From Bacteroidales bacterium (GTDB taxonomy: Bacteria; Bacteroidota; Bacteroidia; Bacteroidales; Bacteroidaceae), in the NCBI GenBank assembly GCA_004554665.1, contig SFKY01000004.1, forward strand, positions 1,081 through 65,080: a stretch of 64,000 nt of DNA, read 5' to 3'. Made by a program: the position numbers and the translations under genes. A model generated the notes under the pieces. The model did no database searches. It saw nothing but the letters and a program-made list of their open reading frames with translations, and had not been told where the DNA came from. Positions 9,011 through 19,036 of the stretch are shown piece by piece (the first letter of the stretch is position 1; each line of letters starts with the position of its first letter).

Positions 9011-11242
9011 TTAGTCTTCTGAATCGTTGCGGCGCTGCGGACGGCCATTGCGCTGCGGACGGCGCTCGCCACCCTCGCGACGGGGACGACGCTCACGCTC
9101 CTGATAGCCCTCGGGCTTGTCTACGAGCACACGGTGAGAGAGCTTGTACTTACCGGTCTTGGGATCGATTTCAAGCAGTTTTACCTGAATCTTGTCGCCT
9201 TCCTTGATGCCGGCCTCTTCTACAGTCTCCAGACGCTTCCAGTCTATCTCGCTGATGTGCAGCAGACCGTCTTTGCCGGGCAAGAACTCCACAAAGCAGC
9301 CATAGGGCATGATCGAGCGTACGGTTCCCTCGTAGACATCGCCCACTTCGGGTACGGCGACGATAGCCTTGATCTTGGCCAGTGCAGCCTCTATGCTCTC
9401 CTTGTTGGGAGCAGACACCTGTACTTTGCCCACGCCGTCTTCCTCGTCGATGGTGATGGTGGTGCCGGTGTCTTCCTGCATCTGCTGGATGATCTTTCCG
9501 CCCGGGCCAATCACAGCTCCGATAAACTCCTTGGGTATCTCGAAGGCCACGATGCGTGGAACCTGTGGTTTCAGTTCGGCTCTTGGCTCAGAGATGGTCT
9601 CCATCATCTTGTTGAGGATGTGCTCACGGCCTTCCTTGGCCTGCATGAGTGCCTGCTCAAGAATCTCGAAGCTCAGACCATCGCACTTGATATCCATCTG
9701 GGTGGCAGTAAGACCGTCGCGTGTACCGGTGGTCTTGAAGTCCATGTCGCCCAAGTGGTCCTCGTCGCCGAGGATATCGCTCAACACGGCATACTTGTCC
9801 TCGCCGGGGTTCTTGATCAGACCCATAGCGATGCCCGATACGGGCTTCTTCATGGGCACGCCGGCATCCATCAGTGCCAGTGTGCCGGCACATACGGTAG
9901 CCATAGACGAAGAACCGTTGGATTCCAGAATCTGGCTTACGAGACGTACCGTGTAGGGGAAGTCGGCAGGAATCTGACCCTTCAGACCGCGCCAAGCCAG
10001 ATGGCCGTGGCCAATCTCGCGGCGGCCTACGCCACGCTGTGCCTTGGCCTCACCGGTAGAGAACGGGGGGAAGTTGTAGTGCAAGAGGAAACGCTGGTAG
10101 CCGCGCTCCAGTACATCGTCCACCAGTTTCTCATCGAGCTTGGTGCCGAGCGTACAGGTAGAGAGCGACATCGTCTCGCCGCGCTGGAAGATGGCGCTTC
10201 CGTGGGGCATGGGGAGCGGAGAAACCTCGCTCCAGATGGGGCGGATCTCGGTGGTCTTGCGGCCGTCGAGACGCATACCCTCATCGAGGATGCAGCGGCG
10301 CATGGCATCGCGCATCACGTCCTCATAATAGCGATGGGCCTCGGCGTGTTTCTCCTCCAGATCGTCCTCTGAGAGGTCGCTGTGGGCGGCATCATACTTC
10401 TCCAGGAAGTCTTCCAGTATCTTGTCGAAGGCATCCTGACGTGCATGCTTCTCCAGTGCCTGCTTGTTGACATCATATACGGGCTGGTAGAGCTCGCTCT
10501 TGATCTGCTCACGCAGCTCCTCGTCGTTCACTTCGTGGTCGTACTCGCGCTTCACGTCGGTGCCCAGTTCCTTGGAGAGTTCCTCCTGCAGCTCGCACAT
10601 CGGCTTGATGGCCTCGGCAGCTGCCTTCAGTGCACCAATCAGGTCTTGCTCCGATACTTCCTTCATCTCGCCTTCCACCATCATGATGTTGTCCTTGGTG
10701 GCACCCACCATCAGGTCCATATCTGCATCGGCCATCTGCTGGAATGTGGGGTTGATCACATACTCACCGTTGATACGGGCCACGCGAACCTCAGAAATGG
10801 GGTAGTCGAAGGGGATGTCAGAGCAGGCCATAGCGGCAGAGGCTGCAAAACCGGCCAATGCGTCAGGCTGGTCTACACCGTCTGCCGACAGCAACATTAC
10901 CTGGACATATACTTCAGCGTGGTAGTTGGAGGGGAAAAGGGGACGGAGTGCCCTGTCTACAAGGCGGGAAGTAAGGATTTCGTTGTCACTTGCTTTGCCT
11001 TCACGCTTCGTGAAACCACCGGGGAAACGGCCTGCAGCGCTGTACTGCTCACGATAATCTACTTGCAAAGGCATAAAATCTGTACCCGGAACGGCATCCT
11101 TGGCTGCACAAACAGTTGCGAGCAGTACGGTGTTGCCCATTCTCAGGACAGCGGCACCATCAGCCTGTTTTGCAACCTTTCCGGTCTCAATCGAGATGGT
11201 TCTTCCATCTGGCAATTGAACTGTTTTCGTAATTACGTTCAT
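9011..11242 (-). CDS. pnp: Polyribonucleotide nucleotidyltransferase (PNPase)
   Basis: Two RNase PH domains ([25 protein letters not shown]), KH (IGPGGKII) and S1 (DGLLHISE) domains; -7 box at 11342-11349. Confidence 0.98.
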   Translation of the reverse strand: MNVITKTVQLPDGRTISIETGKVAKQADGAAVLRMGNTVLLATVCAAKDAVPGTDFMPLQVDYREQYSAAGRFPGGFTKREGKASDNEILTSRLVDRALRPLFPSNYHAEVYVQVMLLSADGVDQPDALAGFAASAAMACSDIPFDYPISEVRVARINGEYVINPTFQQMADADMDLMVGATKDNIMMVEGEMKEVSEQDLIGALKAAAEAIKPMCELQEELSKELGTDVKREYDHEVNDEELREQIKSELYQPVYDVNKQALEKHARQDAFDKILEDFLEKYDAAHSDLSEDDLEEKHAEAHRYYEDVMRDAMRRCILDEGMRLDGRKTTEIRPIWSEVSPLPMPHGSAIFQRGETMSLSTCTLGTKLDEKLVDDVLERGYQRFLLHYNFPPFSTGEAKAQRGVGRREIGHGHLAWRGLKGQIPADFPYTVRLVSQILESNGSSSMATVCAGTLALMDAGVPMKKPVSGIAMGLIKNPGEDKYAVLSDILGDEDHLGDMDFKTTGTRDGLTATQMDIKCDGLSFEILEQALMQAKEGREHILNKMMETISEPRAELKPQVPRIVAFEIPKEFIGAVIGPGGKIIQQMQEDTGTTITIDEEDGVGKVQVSAPNKESIEAALAKIKAIVAVPEVGDVYEGTVRSIMPYGCFVEFLPGKDGLLHISEIDWKRLETVEEAGIKEGDKIQVKLLEIDPKTGKYKLSHRVLVDKPEGYQERERRPRREGGERRPQRNGRPQRRNDSED

Positions 11243-11373
11243 CTAAAAAATTAAATCTTTATTGTTTTGAATTGCATCTAAAAATCCCTCTTCCCAGACA
11301 TGCGATAGGGCACCGGAAACAAGCCATTTTCAAATTTCGTGCAAAGTTACCGAAAGTTTCCATAAAAAACGAA

Positions 11374-11410
11374 TAATCCCCCTTAATTTTTAATCTTTTA
11401 AGGGGGATTA
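11374..11410. terminator. Hairpin downstream of the GH63-like gene
   Basis: TAATCCCCCTTAA / TTAAGGGGGATTA 13-bp inverted repeat. Confidence 0.6.
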
Positions 11411-11435
11411 AGTCTGTTGGACAAGCCTGAAAGCC

Positions 11436-13451
11436 TTATTTGTCGAGCAACATCTTGATTATCAGAGCCGATGACCAGCCGAAATTGGCTGCGTGCTGCC
11501 GCTCTCCTGTCAGAGGATTGTAATTCTCGTGAATGGGGCCATCGCCTATCAGACCCTGTGCGTTGCGGATAAATTTCTCTATGAGCCTGTCGGCCTCTTG
11601 GGTAAAACCATAGCGTCTCAGTCCTGTGATACCGAAGTAGACCTGGTCCACCCACACCGGACCGCGCCAATAGCCGCGTACGGGGCAAAACTGTGGCTGG
11701 TCCACGGCCAATGTCCCTAAAGGCAAGGTAGAGTTGAACTTATTGGGGTCCATCATCTTTTCCATCACCGCCTTGGCCTGCTCCTTGGTGGCGATGCCCG
11801 CCCACAACGGCAGCCAACATTCGGGTCCCATCCCTTCGATAAACTCTCCTGTCTCCAAGCGCCGGTCACAGAATACGCCCCTCTCTGCATCATACATCCG
11901 GGTGCGCACATAGTGGGCCACTGCCTCGGCCTCCTTTCTCAGCTGCTTGGCCGTCTCTCCCTGCCCCAACAGGTCTGCCATCTCTGCCAGAAGCTGCTTG
12001 TCCACATAGAGAAACGAGTTCAGGCACACACTCTCCTGATTCATCGACCAGGCTCCGTCACCGTTTGGCAGCATCTTCGTCTCGTCAAATCGCACCGCAT
12101 TGTCCATACCGCTCTCCCATGCGGCAGCGATCAGGGTGCCGTCGGTCGAGCCATACTCGCAGATACCGTTGCGGTCGTGGTCGCGATCGGTATACCACCA
12201 GCGGTGGAACTTGAGCAGTTTGGGGAACAGTTCGGCCACGAAATTCTTGTCGCCCGATGCCCGATAGACATTCATGGCTCCCCATGTGGCAAGCGGCGGT
12301 TTGGTGTCGCGCCAGTTGTTGGTGGCCTTGTTTCGGCCTATGTAGTCGGCCACCATGCCATTGGCGGCCTGATGGTCGAAGAAGGCGCGCATCTCGTCCT
12401 TGGCCATCTCCGGATGGAAGAGGGCGTTGCCCGAGGCAATCTTCCACGAGTCCCATGCCCAGAAACCTTTGTTGAAGCGTATGTACGAGGGCAAGCTTCC
12501 GTCGTGCAGCAGGTCGCCTGCCGCCGAGCGCCAGTTGCTGTTCAGGGTCATCATGGCTTTCACCAGAATCCGTCGATAGAGATTGTCGCTCAGATACTTC
12601 CCCTTGCCGTTGAGCAGTGTGGCAAGCCATTGGTTCCATCTGGTGGCATTCTCTTCCAGACACTTGTCCGTATCCACAGCCTCCCATCGGGCCATTTCGG
12701 CCGCCAAATCCTCCTTGGGCAGGGCCACCGTCTGGAGGTAGTGGGCTGTACAGCGCTCGCCCGGTTGCAGCACCCGGCCTTGTTTCTCCGTCACCAGCAG
12801 ACTGTCTTTGCCCACAGGTTTCAGTTGCGAGGCTGTGGCGAAGCGGATGGCCACTTGCAGCGAGTCTTTCAGGCGGCAGATGGTTGCCGTCTTGTCCTCA
12901 AAGCGGCATGAGGTGATGTTGGGGAAAGCGCCGCCACGCCAGGTCCATGTGAGGGTGATGGGTTGCGTGCTCTGGTTCACCACCTCTGCCTTGACCAAGG
13001 CCGTGCGCGAGGAGATGAAGCACAATTCGGTGCGGAAGGCGAGCTGCTCATTGGCCGACACTTGCATCAGCCGTCCGGGCAAATATTGGGAATACTGCAC
13101 GGTACGCGCCATATTAAACGACTTGCCGTTCACCCGTATAAAGGGTTGGGCCAGTGTGATGGCTATCCAGCCGTTACCGTCCATCGTCATCGGGCCGATA
13201 AAGGCTCCGGCATGCCGTCCTACCTCATTCACGGGCAGGGCATACCCTGTCCAGGCACCCATGTCCGAAAAGACATTCAGTTCCTCGCCCCGTACCAACG
13301 CCCCCGTCGGCACATTCTTGATGTTGATGAGGTTGATGAAATCGGTCTGACAAACAGACAGGGGTTCCTCCGATACCGGCAAAGAGGAAGCGCACACAGA
13401 GCAGAGGCACAGCCACGCAGCTCCACAAAACAGCATTAGTTTCTTTTTCAT
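11436..13451 (-). CDS. GH63/MGH1-like (YgjK-like) glycoside hydrolase
   Basis: FWAWDSWK, TKPPLA, AAAWESGMDNAVRFD, YWRGPVW, ENYNPLTG, NFGWS motifs of the (alpha/alpha)6 barrel; -7 box at 13554-13561. Confidence 0.82.
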   Translation of the reverse strand: MKKKLMLFCGAAWLCLCSVCASSLPVSEEPLSVCQTDFINLINIKNVPTGALVRGEELNVFSDMGAWTGYALPVNEVGRHAGAFIGPMTMDGNGWIAITLAQPFIRVNGKSFNMARTVQYSQYLPGRLMQVSANEQLAFRTELCFISSRTALVKAEVVNQSTQPITLTWTWRGGAFPNITSCRFEDKTATICRLKDSLQVAIRFATASQLKPVGKDSLLVTEKQGRVLQPGERCTAHYLQTVALPKEDLAAEMARWEAVDTDKCLEENATRWNQWLATLLNGKGKYLSDNLYRRILVKAMMTLNSNWRSAAGDLLHDGSLPSYIRFNKGFWAWDSWKIASGNALFHPEMAKDEMRAFFDHQAANGMVADYIGRNKATNNWRDTKPPLATWGAMNVYRASGDKNFVAELFPKLLKFHRWWYTDRDHDRNGICEYGSTDGTLIAAAWESGMDNAVRFDETKMLPNGDGAWSMNQESVCLNSFLYVDKQLLAEMADLLGQGETAKQLRKEAEAVAHYVRTRMYDAERGVFCDRRLETGEFIEGMGPECWLPLWAGIATKEQAKAVMEKMMDPNKFNSTLPLGTLAVDQPQFCPVRGYWRGPVWVDQVYFGITGLRRYGFTQEADRLIEKFIRNAQGLIGDGPIHENYNPLTGERQHAANFGWSSALIIKMLLDK

Positions 13452-13664
13452 GAATATTCTATCGTTTTCCCCTAACAGAGAGGCAGGTTACTATCTCGTC
13501 CATTCCCTTACAGGGTATTGTCCCCATCAATGGCGACATGTTTTTGCATGCTACAAAGATACCTATTTAAAAATGAAGAAAATGAATAAACCGGTATCTT
13601 TTTTCTCCGTTAACCGATTTTAACGGATTGCAGCGGCCAAAGTGGCAGTTCGGCAGATTGTTAT

Positions 13665-13850
13665 ACAACCGACAACGATGACAACCCCATCAACCCATGT
13701 TGTTGTCTCGGTTGTCTAAGTGGTGTAAGTTGTGATATGTTTTTTGAACGACAACAGAGACAACTGTAACAACTTTTCCTTTTTTGTGGTTGTCTAAGTT
13801 GTCGATAATTATTTTACGAACAACAACTTTTGTTCAAAAACAAGTGTTGT
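13665..13850. repeat. Intergenic array of ACAAC/GTTGT pentamers with 9-bp period, in alternating inverted blocks
   Basis: ACAAC 13665,13672,13681; GTTGT 13702,13711,13729; ACAAC 13751,13760,13769; GTTGT 13789,13798; ACAAC 13820; GTTGT 13846. Confidence 0.7.
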
Positions 13851-13931
13851 TATCATCATAACGCTAATGACCGATTTGGATTAAACGGTGAGTTGTCTTC
13901 ATCTTTGCAGTGGTAAAAGAGGCTTTTTCCA

Positions 13932-14023
13932 GACCGTACACCATTTGCGATACGGTCGTACGGCAAATGCGATACGAGCGTATGGCAAATGGAATACGGG
14001 CGTATCTCAAATGGTGTACGGTC
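13932..14023. repeat. REP-like family B: four 20-bp CGTA...TACG units at 22-bp period with 16-bp terminal inverted repeats
   Basis: Units at 13935,13957,13979,14001; GACCGTACACCATTTG / CAAATGGTGTACGGTC. Confidence 0.8.
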
Positions 14024-14160
14024 AGCAAAAGCGGCTATTGGACCCGCTAAATGGGAGCTTGGGATAACCCAACAGCGGCACAGGCAGGGAGACGGTGGGA
14101 TCCCTGCTGCCTGTGCCGCTGCTTGTAGAACCGGCGGGTCAGGCCGGCGGCTGTCGGAGA

Positions 14161-14448
14161 TTATGCCCTGGGACGAACCTCTCCGTCTACCAGCGTCACG
14201 AACCCGTGCTCACGGGCCTTGCCCAAGAGATAGTTGGCCTCCTTGTGGGAGCACCGGTAGGTACGCTTCAGTTCGATGAGGAAGTTGGCCTTGGTAATAG
14301 GCTTGCCGGCCTGCTTCTCCAATATCTTTTGTGTACTCTTCTGCAAGTCGCTGGGGTTATAACGGATATGTTTCTTGTTCAGGTAATTGACAACAACGAG
14401 GGCAACGACCACCAGTAAAACGATTGTTAATATTAATGTCGAATTCAT
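14161..14448 (-). CDS. Small hypothetical protein, N-terminal membrane anchor plus basic helical domain
   Basis: 95-aa ORF, hydrophobic N-terminus, own -7 box at 14481-14488, no stronger competing ORF. Confidence 0.7.
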   Translation of the reverse strand: MNSTLILTIVLLVVVALVVVNYLNKKHIRYNPSDLQKSTQKILEKQAGKPITKANFLIELKRTYRCSHKEANYLLGKAREHGFVTLVDGEVRPRA

Positions 14449-14596
14449 AAGATATTAAGTTTTGATAGTTATGTGATGCGCAAATATACTAAAAATTTCG
14501 ATAGCAGGCTGTTTTTTCCTCGTTTTTTTTATGTTGGTTTCCACAAAATGCCTATATTTGCAGACCTAAGTCTTTGTTTTAACGCATTATTTTTTT

Positions 14597-16156
14597 ATGG
14601 AAGACAATCTTAAAGACCTGAACGCTCCCGTCGTGGAGCCAGACGAAGCGGAAACCGATTCCGCATTTGACCGCCGCCGTAGGCTCATAGGTGCTATTGG
14701 TGCTCCCATTTGTGCGCTACTGGTATGGTTTACCCCCATTGCAGGGCTCTCTCCCGAGGCTCATAAGTTGTTGGCCATCATGACCTTGGTGGCATTGTGG
14801 TGGATTACCGAGCCCATCCCCATCCCCGTTACCTCGATGGTGGGCCCCACACTGTGTGTCATTTGTGGTGTGGTCAAGATGAAAGAGGCCTTTGCAGCCT
14901 TTGCCAACCCTATGATTTTCCTCTTTATGGGTGGATTCATCATTGCCAAGGCCATGATGGTCAACGGGCTTGACAAGCGCATCGCCTATGGCATCATCTC
15001 CATGAAGTGGGTGGGCGATTGTCCCCGCCGCATCTTCCTGGCCATCGGTCTGGCCTGCATGCTGTGTTCGGGATGGATCAGCAACACGGCCACAGCGGCC
15101 ATGATGTTCCCCATCGCGCTGGGCTTGCTGGAGGCTATCCGCGAGATGATGGCTGCCAACGGCAAGACCATCAATCTAAGGACTTACAAGTACGCCACCG
15201 GCCTGATGCTGATGACGGCCTACGCTTGCTCTATAGGTGGCGTACTTACCCCCATAGGCACACCTCCCAACATCATCATGCTCGGCTTCCTGAGCGAGAT
15301 GTGCGACATCCATGTCTCCTTCTTCCAGTGGATGGTCTGGGGCTTGGTGGCCATGATAGCCTACTTTATCATTGCCTACATCGTGCTCGCACGCATGTTC
15401 CCCTCGGATGTGGAGCATATCGAGGGTGCGCAAGACTTTATCAGGGGTAAGGTAAAGGAACTCGGAAACTGGACCACGGCGCAGAAAAATACGCTTTTCG
15501 CCTTTCTGGTGGCCGTCATCCTGTGGGTGACCCCCGGATTCCTCAATATCTTCCTCGGTACACAGAGCGAAGTGCTCACCGCCTATAACCGTCTGTTCCC
15601 CGAAGCCATCGCCGCCATGATTGGTGCGTTGCTGCTCTTCTTCCTGCCTGTGGACCGCAAGTGGAGCCGCATGACCCTGACATGGAGCGATGCCGTGAAG
15701 GGCGTGGAGTGGGGTACCCTGCTGCTCTTCGGCGGTGGTCTGGCGATGGGTGGAATGATGTACAGCACGGGTCTTTCAGAGTGGATTGGCGCACAGATCA
15801 TCAGCATGATGGGTGGCGATCCGTCCGAACTGCTGTTGGTGGCCGTGTTCTGCGTCATGTCGCTGCTGCTGTCGGAGCTTACCTCCCACACAGCAGCCAC
15901 CAATATGATAGGCCCGCTCGCCATTGGTGCGGCCCTGTCGGCAGGTTTCAGTCCTGTTCCTGTGGCTGTGGGTGTGGCCTTGTCGGCCTCGTTGGGCTTC
16001 ATGCTCCCCGTCTCCACCCCGCCCAATGCCATCGTCTATGCGAGTGGCTATATCCCCATCACCAAGATGATCAAGACGGGTGTATATATCGACTTCATCG
16101 GTATAGCCGTCGTCACGATTCCTATTGTGCTCTATCTGGTGGAGATGATTCTGTAA
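14597..16156 (+). CDS. SLC13/DASS family anion:sodium symporter
   Basis: WWITEPIP, ISNTATAAMM, IGTPPN, PVSTPPNAIVY motifs; many TM helices; -7 box at 14553-14560. Confidence 0.9.
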   Translation: MEDNLKDLNAPVVEPDEAETDSAFDRRRRLIGAIGAPICALLVWFTPIAGLSPEAHKLLAIMTLVALWWITEPIPIPVTSMVGPTLCVICGVVKMKEAFAAFANPMIFLFMGGFIIAKAMMVNGLDKRIAYGIISMKWVGDCPRRIFLAIGLACMLCSGWISNTATAAMMFPIALGLLEAIREMMAANGKTINLRTYKYATGLMLMTAYACSIGGVLTPIGTPPNIIMLGFLSEMCDIHVSFFQWMVWGLVAMIAYFIIAYIVLARMFPSDVEHIEGAQDFIRGKVKELGNWTTAQKNTLFAFLVAVILWVTPGFLNIFLGTQSEVLTAYNRLFPEAIAAMIGALLLFFLPVDRKWSRMTLTWSDAVKGVEWGTLLLFGGGLAMGGMMYSTGLSEWIGAQIISMMGGDPSELLLVAVFCVMSLLLSELTSHTAATNMIGPLAIGAALSAGFSPVPVAVGVALSASLGFMLPVSTPPNAIVYASGYIPITKMIKTGVYIDFIGIAVVTIPIVLYLVEMIL

Positions 16157-16190
16157 CGTTGAGTCTACCCCTCCTTCGTAGATAAGTGAC

Positions 16191-16228
16191 GGAGGCACCC
16201 CGGGCTGCGATGATGCCGGGGTGCCTCC
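16191..16228 (+). terminator. Terminator hairpin after the DASS transporter
   Basis: GGAGGCACCCCGG...CCGGGGTGCCTCC followed by a T-rich tail. Confidence 0.7.
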
Positions 16229-16288
16229 AGTGTTTTGGGGTATGGCCAAATTTTTATCGGGGTGGCCGACAATTCTTTTGCCGAAATA

Positions 16289-16320
16289 TTTGCACAACCC
16301 ACGTGTTTTTCCTATCTTTG
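16289..16320 (+). promoter_or_regulatory. Consensus Bacteroidota sigma-A promoter for the GH95 gene
   Basis: TTTG (16289-16292), 20-bp spacer, TATCTTTG (16313-16320). Confidence 0.75.
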
Positions 16321-16412
16321 TCCACAACTCTTCCGCCACTATCCATGACCGGCATGGCATAGTCTCGGGATGTCTGAAAAACCGTAGATGGAAAAACTTA
16401 AATGATACATAT

Positions 16413-18860
16413 ATGAACCGAAGAATCTGTTTATTGTTCACACTTGCCGTGGGTGTGTTGTCGCTTCATGCCCAGCAGCCGCCCATGAGAATCTGGTACA
16501 ACACGCCGGCACCGGTATCCATCCCCCAATCCATCTCGCAGGAGCAGGTGAAGGTAGACTACAACGGCAACGGTAAGAAACTCAAGATGCGCGGAAGCGT
16601 CTGGGAGAACCTCAGCCTGCCGTTGGGCAACAGTAGTCTGGGCGCCACGCTGCTCCAGTCTACCCCAGTAGACCGTATCGTCCTCAACGAGAAGAGCCTC
16701 TGGAGCGGAGGCCCCAACTCGGGTAGCGGAGCCAAGACCTACTGGGCACAGAATCCGAACTCGGCACGCCAGTTGCCGGCCATCCGTCAGGCTTTTGTCG
16801 ACGGCGACCAGCACGCGGTCGACTCGCTCACTTGCCGCGCCTTCTCCGGTACCATTCCCTACAATGGTGGAGACCGCGACACGTTGCGTTTCGGCAGTTT
16901 CACCACGATGGGAGAGTGCTTTGTGAGCACGGGTCTCAACGAAGCCGACAGCCGGTCGTTTGTCCGCGAGCTCTCGTTGGATGAAGCCGTGAACCATGTC
17001 AGCTTCCAGAACGGTGGAGCCAACTATCGCCGCAGCTGTTTTGTCTCCTATCCCGACCAGGCACTCGTCATGCGCTACGAAGCCGACAAGCGTGGACTCC
17101 AGAACCTGGAATGGTGCTATCTTCCCAACCCGAGGGCTACCGGCAGGTGGACCACGGAGCGCGACGGCATGGTCTATACGGCCACCCTCAACAACAACGG
17201 GCTGCCCTACGCCATCCGCGTGAAGGCACGTGCCAAGGGAGGCAGCGTGAAGTACGACAACGGGCGCATCATCGTGCGTGGTGCCGACTATGTAGACTTC
17301 ATCCTCACGGCGGCCACGGGCTATGTCATCAACAAGCACCCCGATTTCTCCGATCCGCGCACCTATTACGGACAGGATCCTGTGGCCATCACAGCCCAGC
17401 ACATGACCGCTGCCGCCGCCAAGAGCTACAAGAAGCTCTACAAGCGCCATGTGGCCGACTACCAGCGATTGTATAACCGTCTCACCCTCTCCATCAATCC
17501 CGGCAAGCAGTTGCCCGACGTGCCCATCGACGAGCGCATCGACCGCTACCGCGAGAGCAGTGGAGACAACTATCTGGAGACCCTCTTCTACCAGTATGGC
17601 CGCTATATGGCCATCGCCGCGTCGCGTGGTGCCACCCTTCCCATGAACCTGCAGGGCATCTGGTGCAAGGATGTCAGTGCGATATGGAGCAGCGACTACC
17701 ACAACAACATCAACCTGCAGATGAACTATTGGCCCATATGCTCTGCCAATCTCGATGAGTGCTTCCAGCCCTTTGTCGAGTACCTGCAGATGATCTATGA
17801 GCCCGGCAAGCTCACCGCCAAGGCCATGTTCGACGCCCAAGGCTGGACCGCCAATATCTCTACCAACCCATTCGGTTTTACCGGTCCGCTCCAGAGTTGG
17901 GATATGGGTTGGAACCTTGCCGCCATCAATGGTCCGTGGCTCGCCACGCACATCTGGGACTACTACGACTATACACGCGACCGCGACTGGCTGGCCCAGA
18001 CGGGTTACCCGTTGCTGCGTGAGAGTGCTCGCTTCGTGTGCGGCTACCTCTGGCGCCAGTCCAATGGCCGCTATACGGCTGCTCCTTCGACCTCGCCCGA
18101 GCATGGTCCGATAGACAAGGGAGCCACCTTTGCCAACGCGGTGGCCAAGGAGGTGCTGATGCAGGCCGTGGAGGCTTCGAAGATTTTGGCCACCGATGAG
18201 GGCGAGCGTGCGCAGTGGGACGATGTGCTCCGCAACATCGAGCCTTACCAGATAGGTCGCTACGGCCAGCTCATGGAGTGGTCGCGCGACATCGACAATC
18301 CCAAGGATGAGCACCGCCATACCAACCACCTCTTCGGCCTGTTCCCCGGCACTACCATCTCGCCGGTCACTACCCCGCAGCTGGCCGATGCAGCCAAGGT
18401 GGTACTGGAGCATCGCGGCGACTTCTCGACGGGTTGGAGCATGGGCTGGAAGCTCAATCTGTGGGCGCATCTCATGGATGGCAACCGCTCGTACAAGCTC
18501 TTGCAGAACCTGCTGAGCACCGGTGTCACCTACAACCTGTGGGATACGCATCCGCCTTTCCAGATCGACGGCAACTTTGGTGGTCTCTCGGGTATGACAG
18601 AGATGCTGGTACAGAGCAATCTGGGCTATATCCACCTGCTTCCTGCCCTGCCCGACGCATGGCAACAGGGCAGCGTGTGCGGTGTCAGGGCCCGTGGCAA
18701 CTTCACGCTCGACATCCGCTGGAACCAGGCGGCCAACCCGCGTGTAGAGGTAAGCGTGCTTTCGGGTTCGGGAGGCCCCTGCAAACTCACCTACAAGCAG
18801 CAGACCAAGACCATCGAGACCGTAAAGGGCAAGCGCTATAGCGTTACCTTCACCGAGTAA
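16413..18860 (+). CDS. GH95 alpha-1,2-L-fucosidase family hydrolase
   Basis: LPLGN, NEKSLWSGGP, FYQYGRY, NLQGIW, YHNNINLQMNYW, HRHTNHL, PPFQIDGNFG; start chosen at the signal peptide (MNRRICLL). Confidence 0.92.
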   Translation: MNRRICLLFTLAVGVLSLHAQQPPMRIWYNTPAPVSIPQSISQEQVKVDYNGNGKKLKMRGSVWENLSLPLGNSSLGATLLQSTPVDRIVLNEKSLWSGGPNSGSGAKTYWAQNPNSARQLPAIRQAFVDGDQHAVDSLTCRAFSGTIPYNGGDRDTLRFGSFTTMGECFVSTGLNEADSRSFVRELSLDEAVNHVSFQNGGANYRRSCFVSYPDQALVMRYEADKRGLQNLEWCYLPNPRATGRWTTERDGMVYTATLNNNGLPYAIRVKARAKGGSVKYDNGRIIVRGADYVDFILTAATGYVINKHPDFSDPRTYYGQDPVAITAQHMTAAAAKSYKKLYKRHVADYQRLYNRLTLSINPGKQLPDVPIDERIDRYRESSGDNYLETLFYQYGRYMAIAASRGATLPMNLQGIWCKDVSAIWSSDYHNNINLQMNYWPICSANLDECFQPFVEYLQMIYEPGKLTAKAMFDAQGWTANISTNPFGFTGPLQSWDMGWNLAAINGPWLATHIWDYYDYTRDRDWLAQTGYPLLRESARFVCGYLWRQSNGRYTAAPSTSPEHGPIDKGATFANAVAKEVLMQAVEASKILATDEGERAQWDDVLRNIEPYQIGRYGQLMEWSRDIDNPKDEHRHTNHLFGLFPGTTISPVTTPQLADAAKVVLEHRGDFSTGWSMGWKLNLWAHLMDGNRSYKLLQNLLSTGVTYNLWDTHPPFQIDGNFGGLSGMTEMLVQSNLGYIHLLPALPDAWQQGSVCGVRARGNFTLDIRWNQAANPRVEVSVLSGSGGPCKLTYKQQTKTIETVKGKRYSVTFTE

Positions 18861-19036
18861 CCGACAGTAACTACATAAGGACAGACTGCGTGCATGGCTC
18901 AGGGCTGTGCACGCAGTTTTTGGATATAGGCAGATACGGTGTGTCAAGAAAAAAGTAAAAAAAACTTGGTGATTTCCTTTTTATTGCGCGCGATTTAGCT
19001 TATCTTTGCAGTTGAATTTTTGAAAACAACAAGAAG

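Noticed and set aside
11243..11341. Possible structured autoregulatory leader of pnp
   Set aside because: I could not identify a convincing long stem by eye.
13665..13850. Degenerate type II-C/VI-B CRISPR repeats (GTTG...CAAC ends)
   Set aside because: There is no constant ~36-47 bp repeat with a regular repeat-spacer period; only pentamers recur, at 9-bp steps, and no cas gene is nearby.
16431..18947. 838-aa antisense ORF over the GH95 gene (likewise 37810-39819, 48237-50033, 43412-44833, 24066-25403, 21243-22532, 59828-61075)
   Set aside because: These mirror real genes codon-for-codon on the opposite strand. Strong C/G-ending codon bias removes antisense stops, and the translations have no recognisable motifs.
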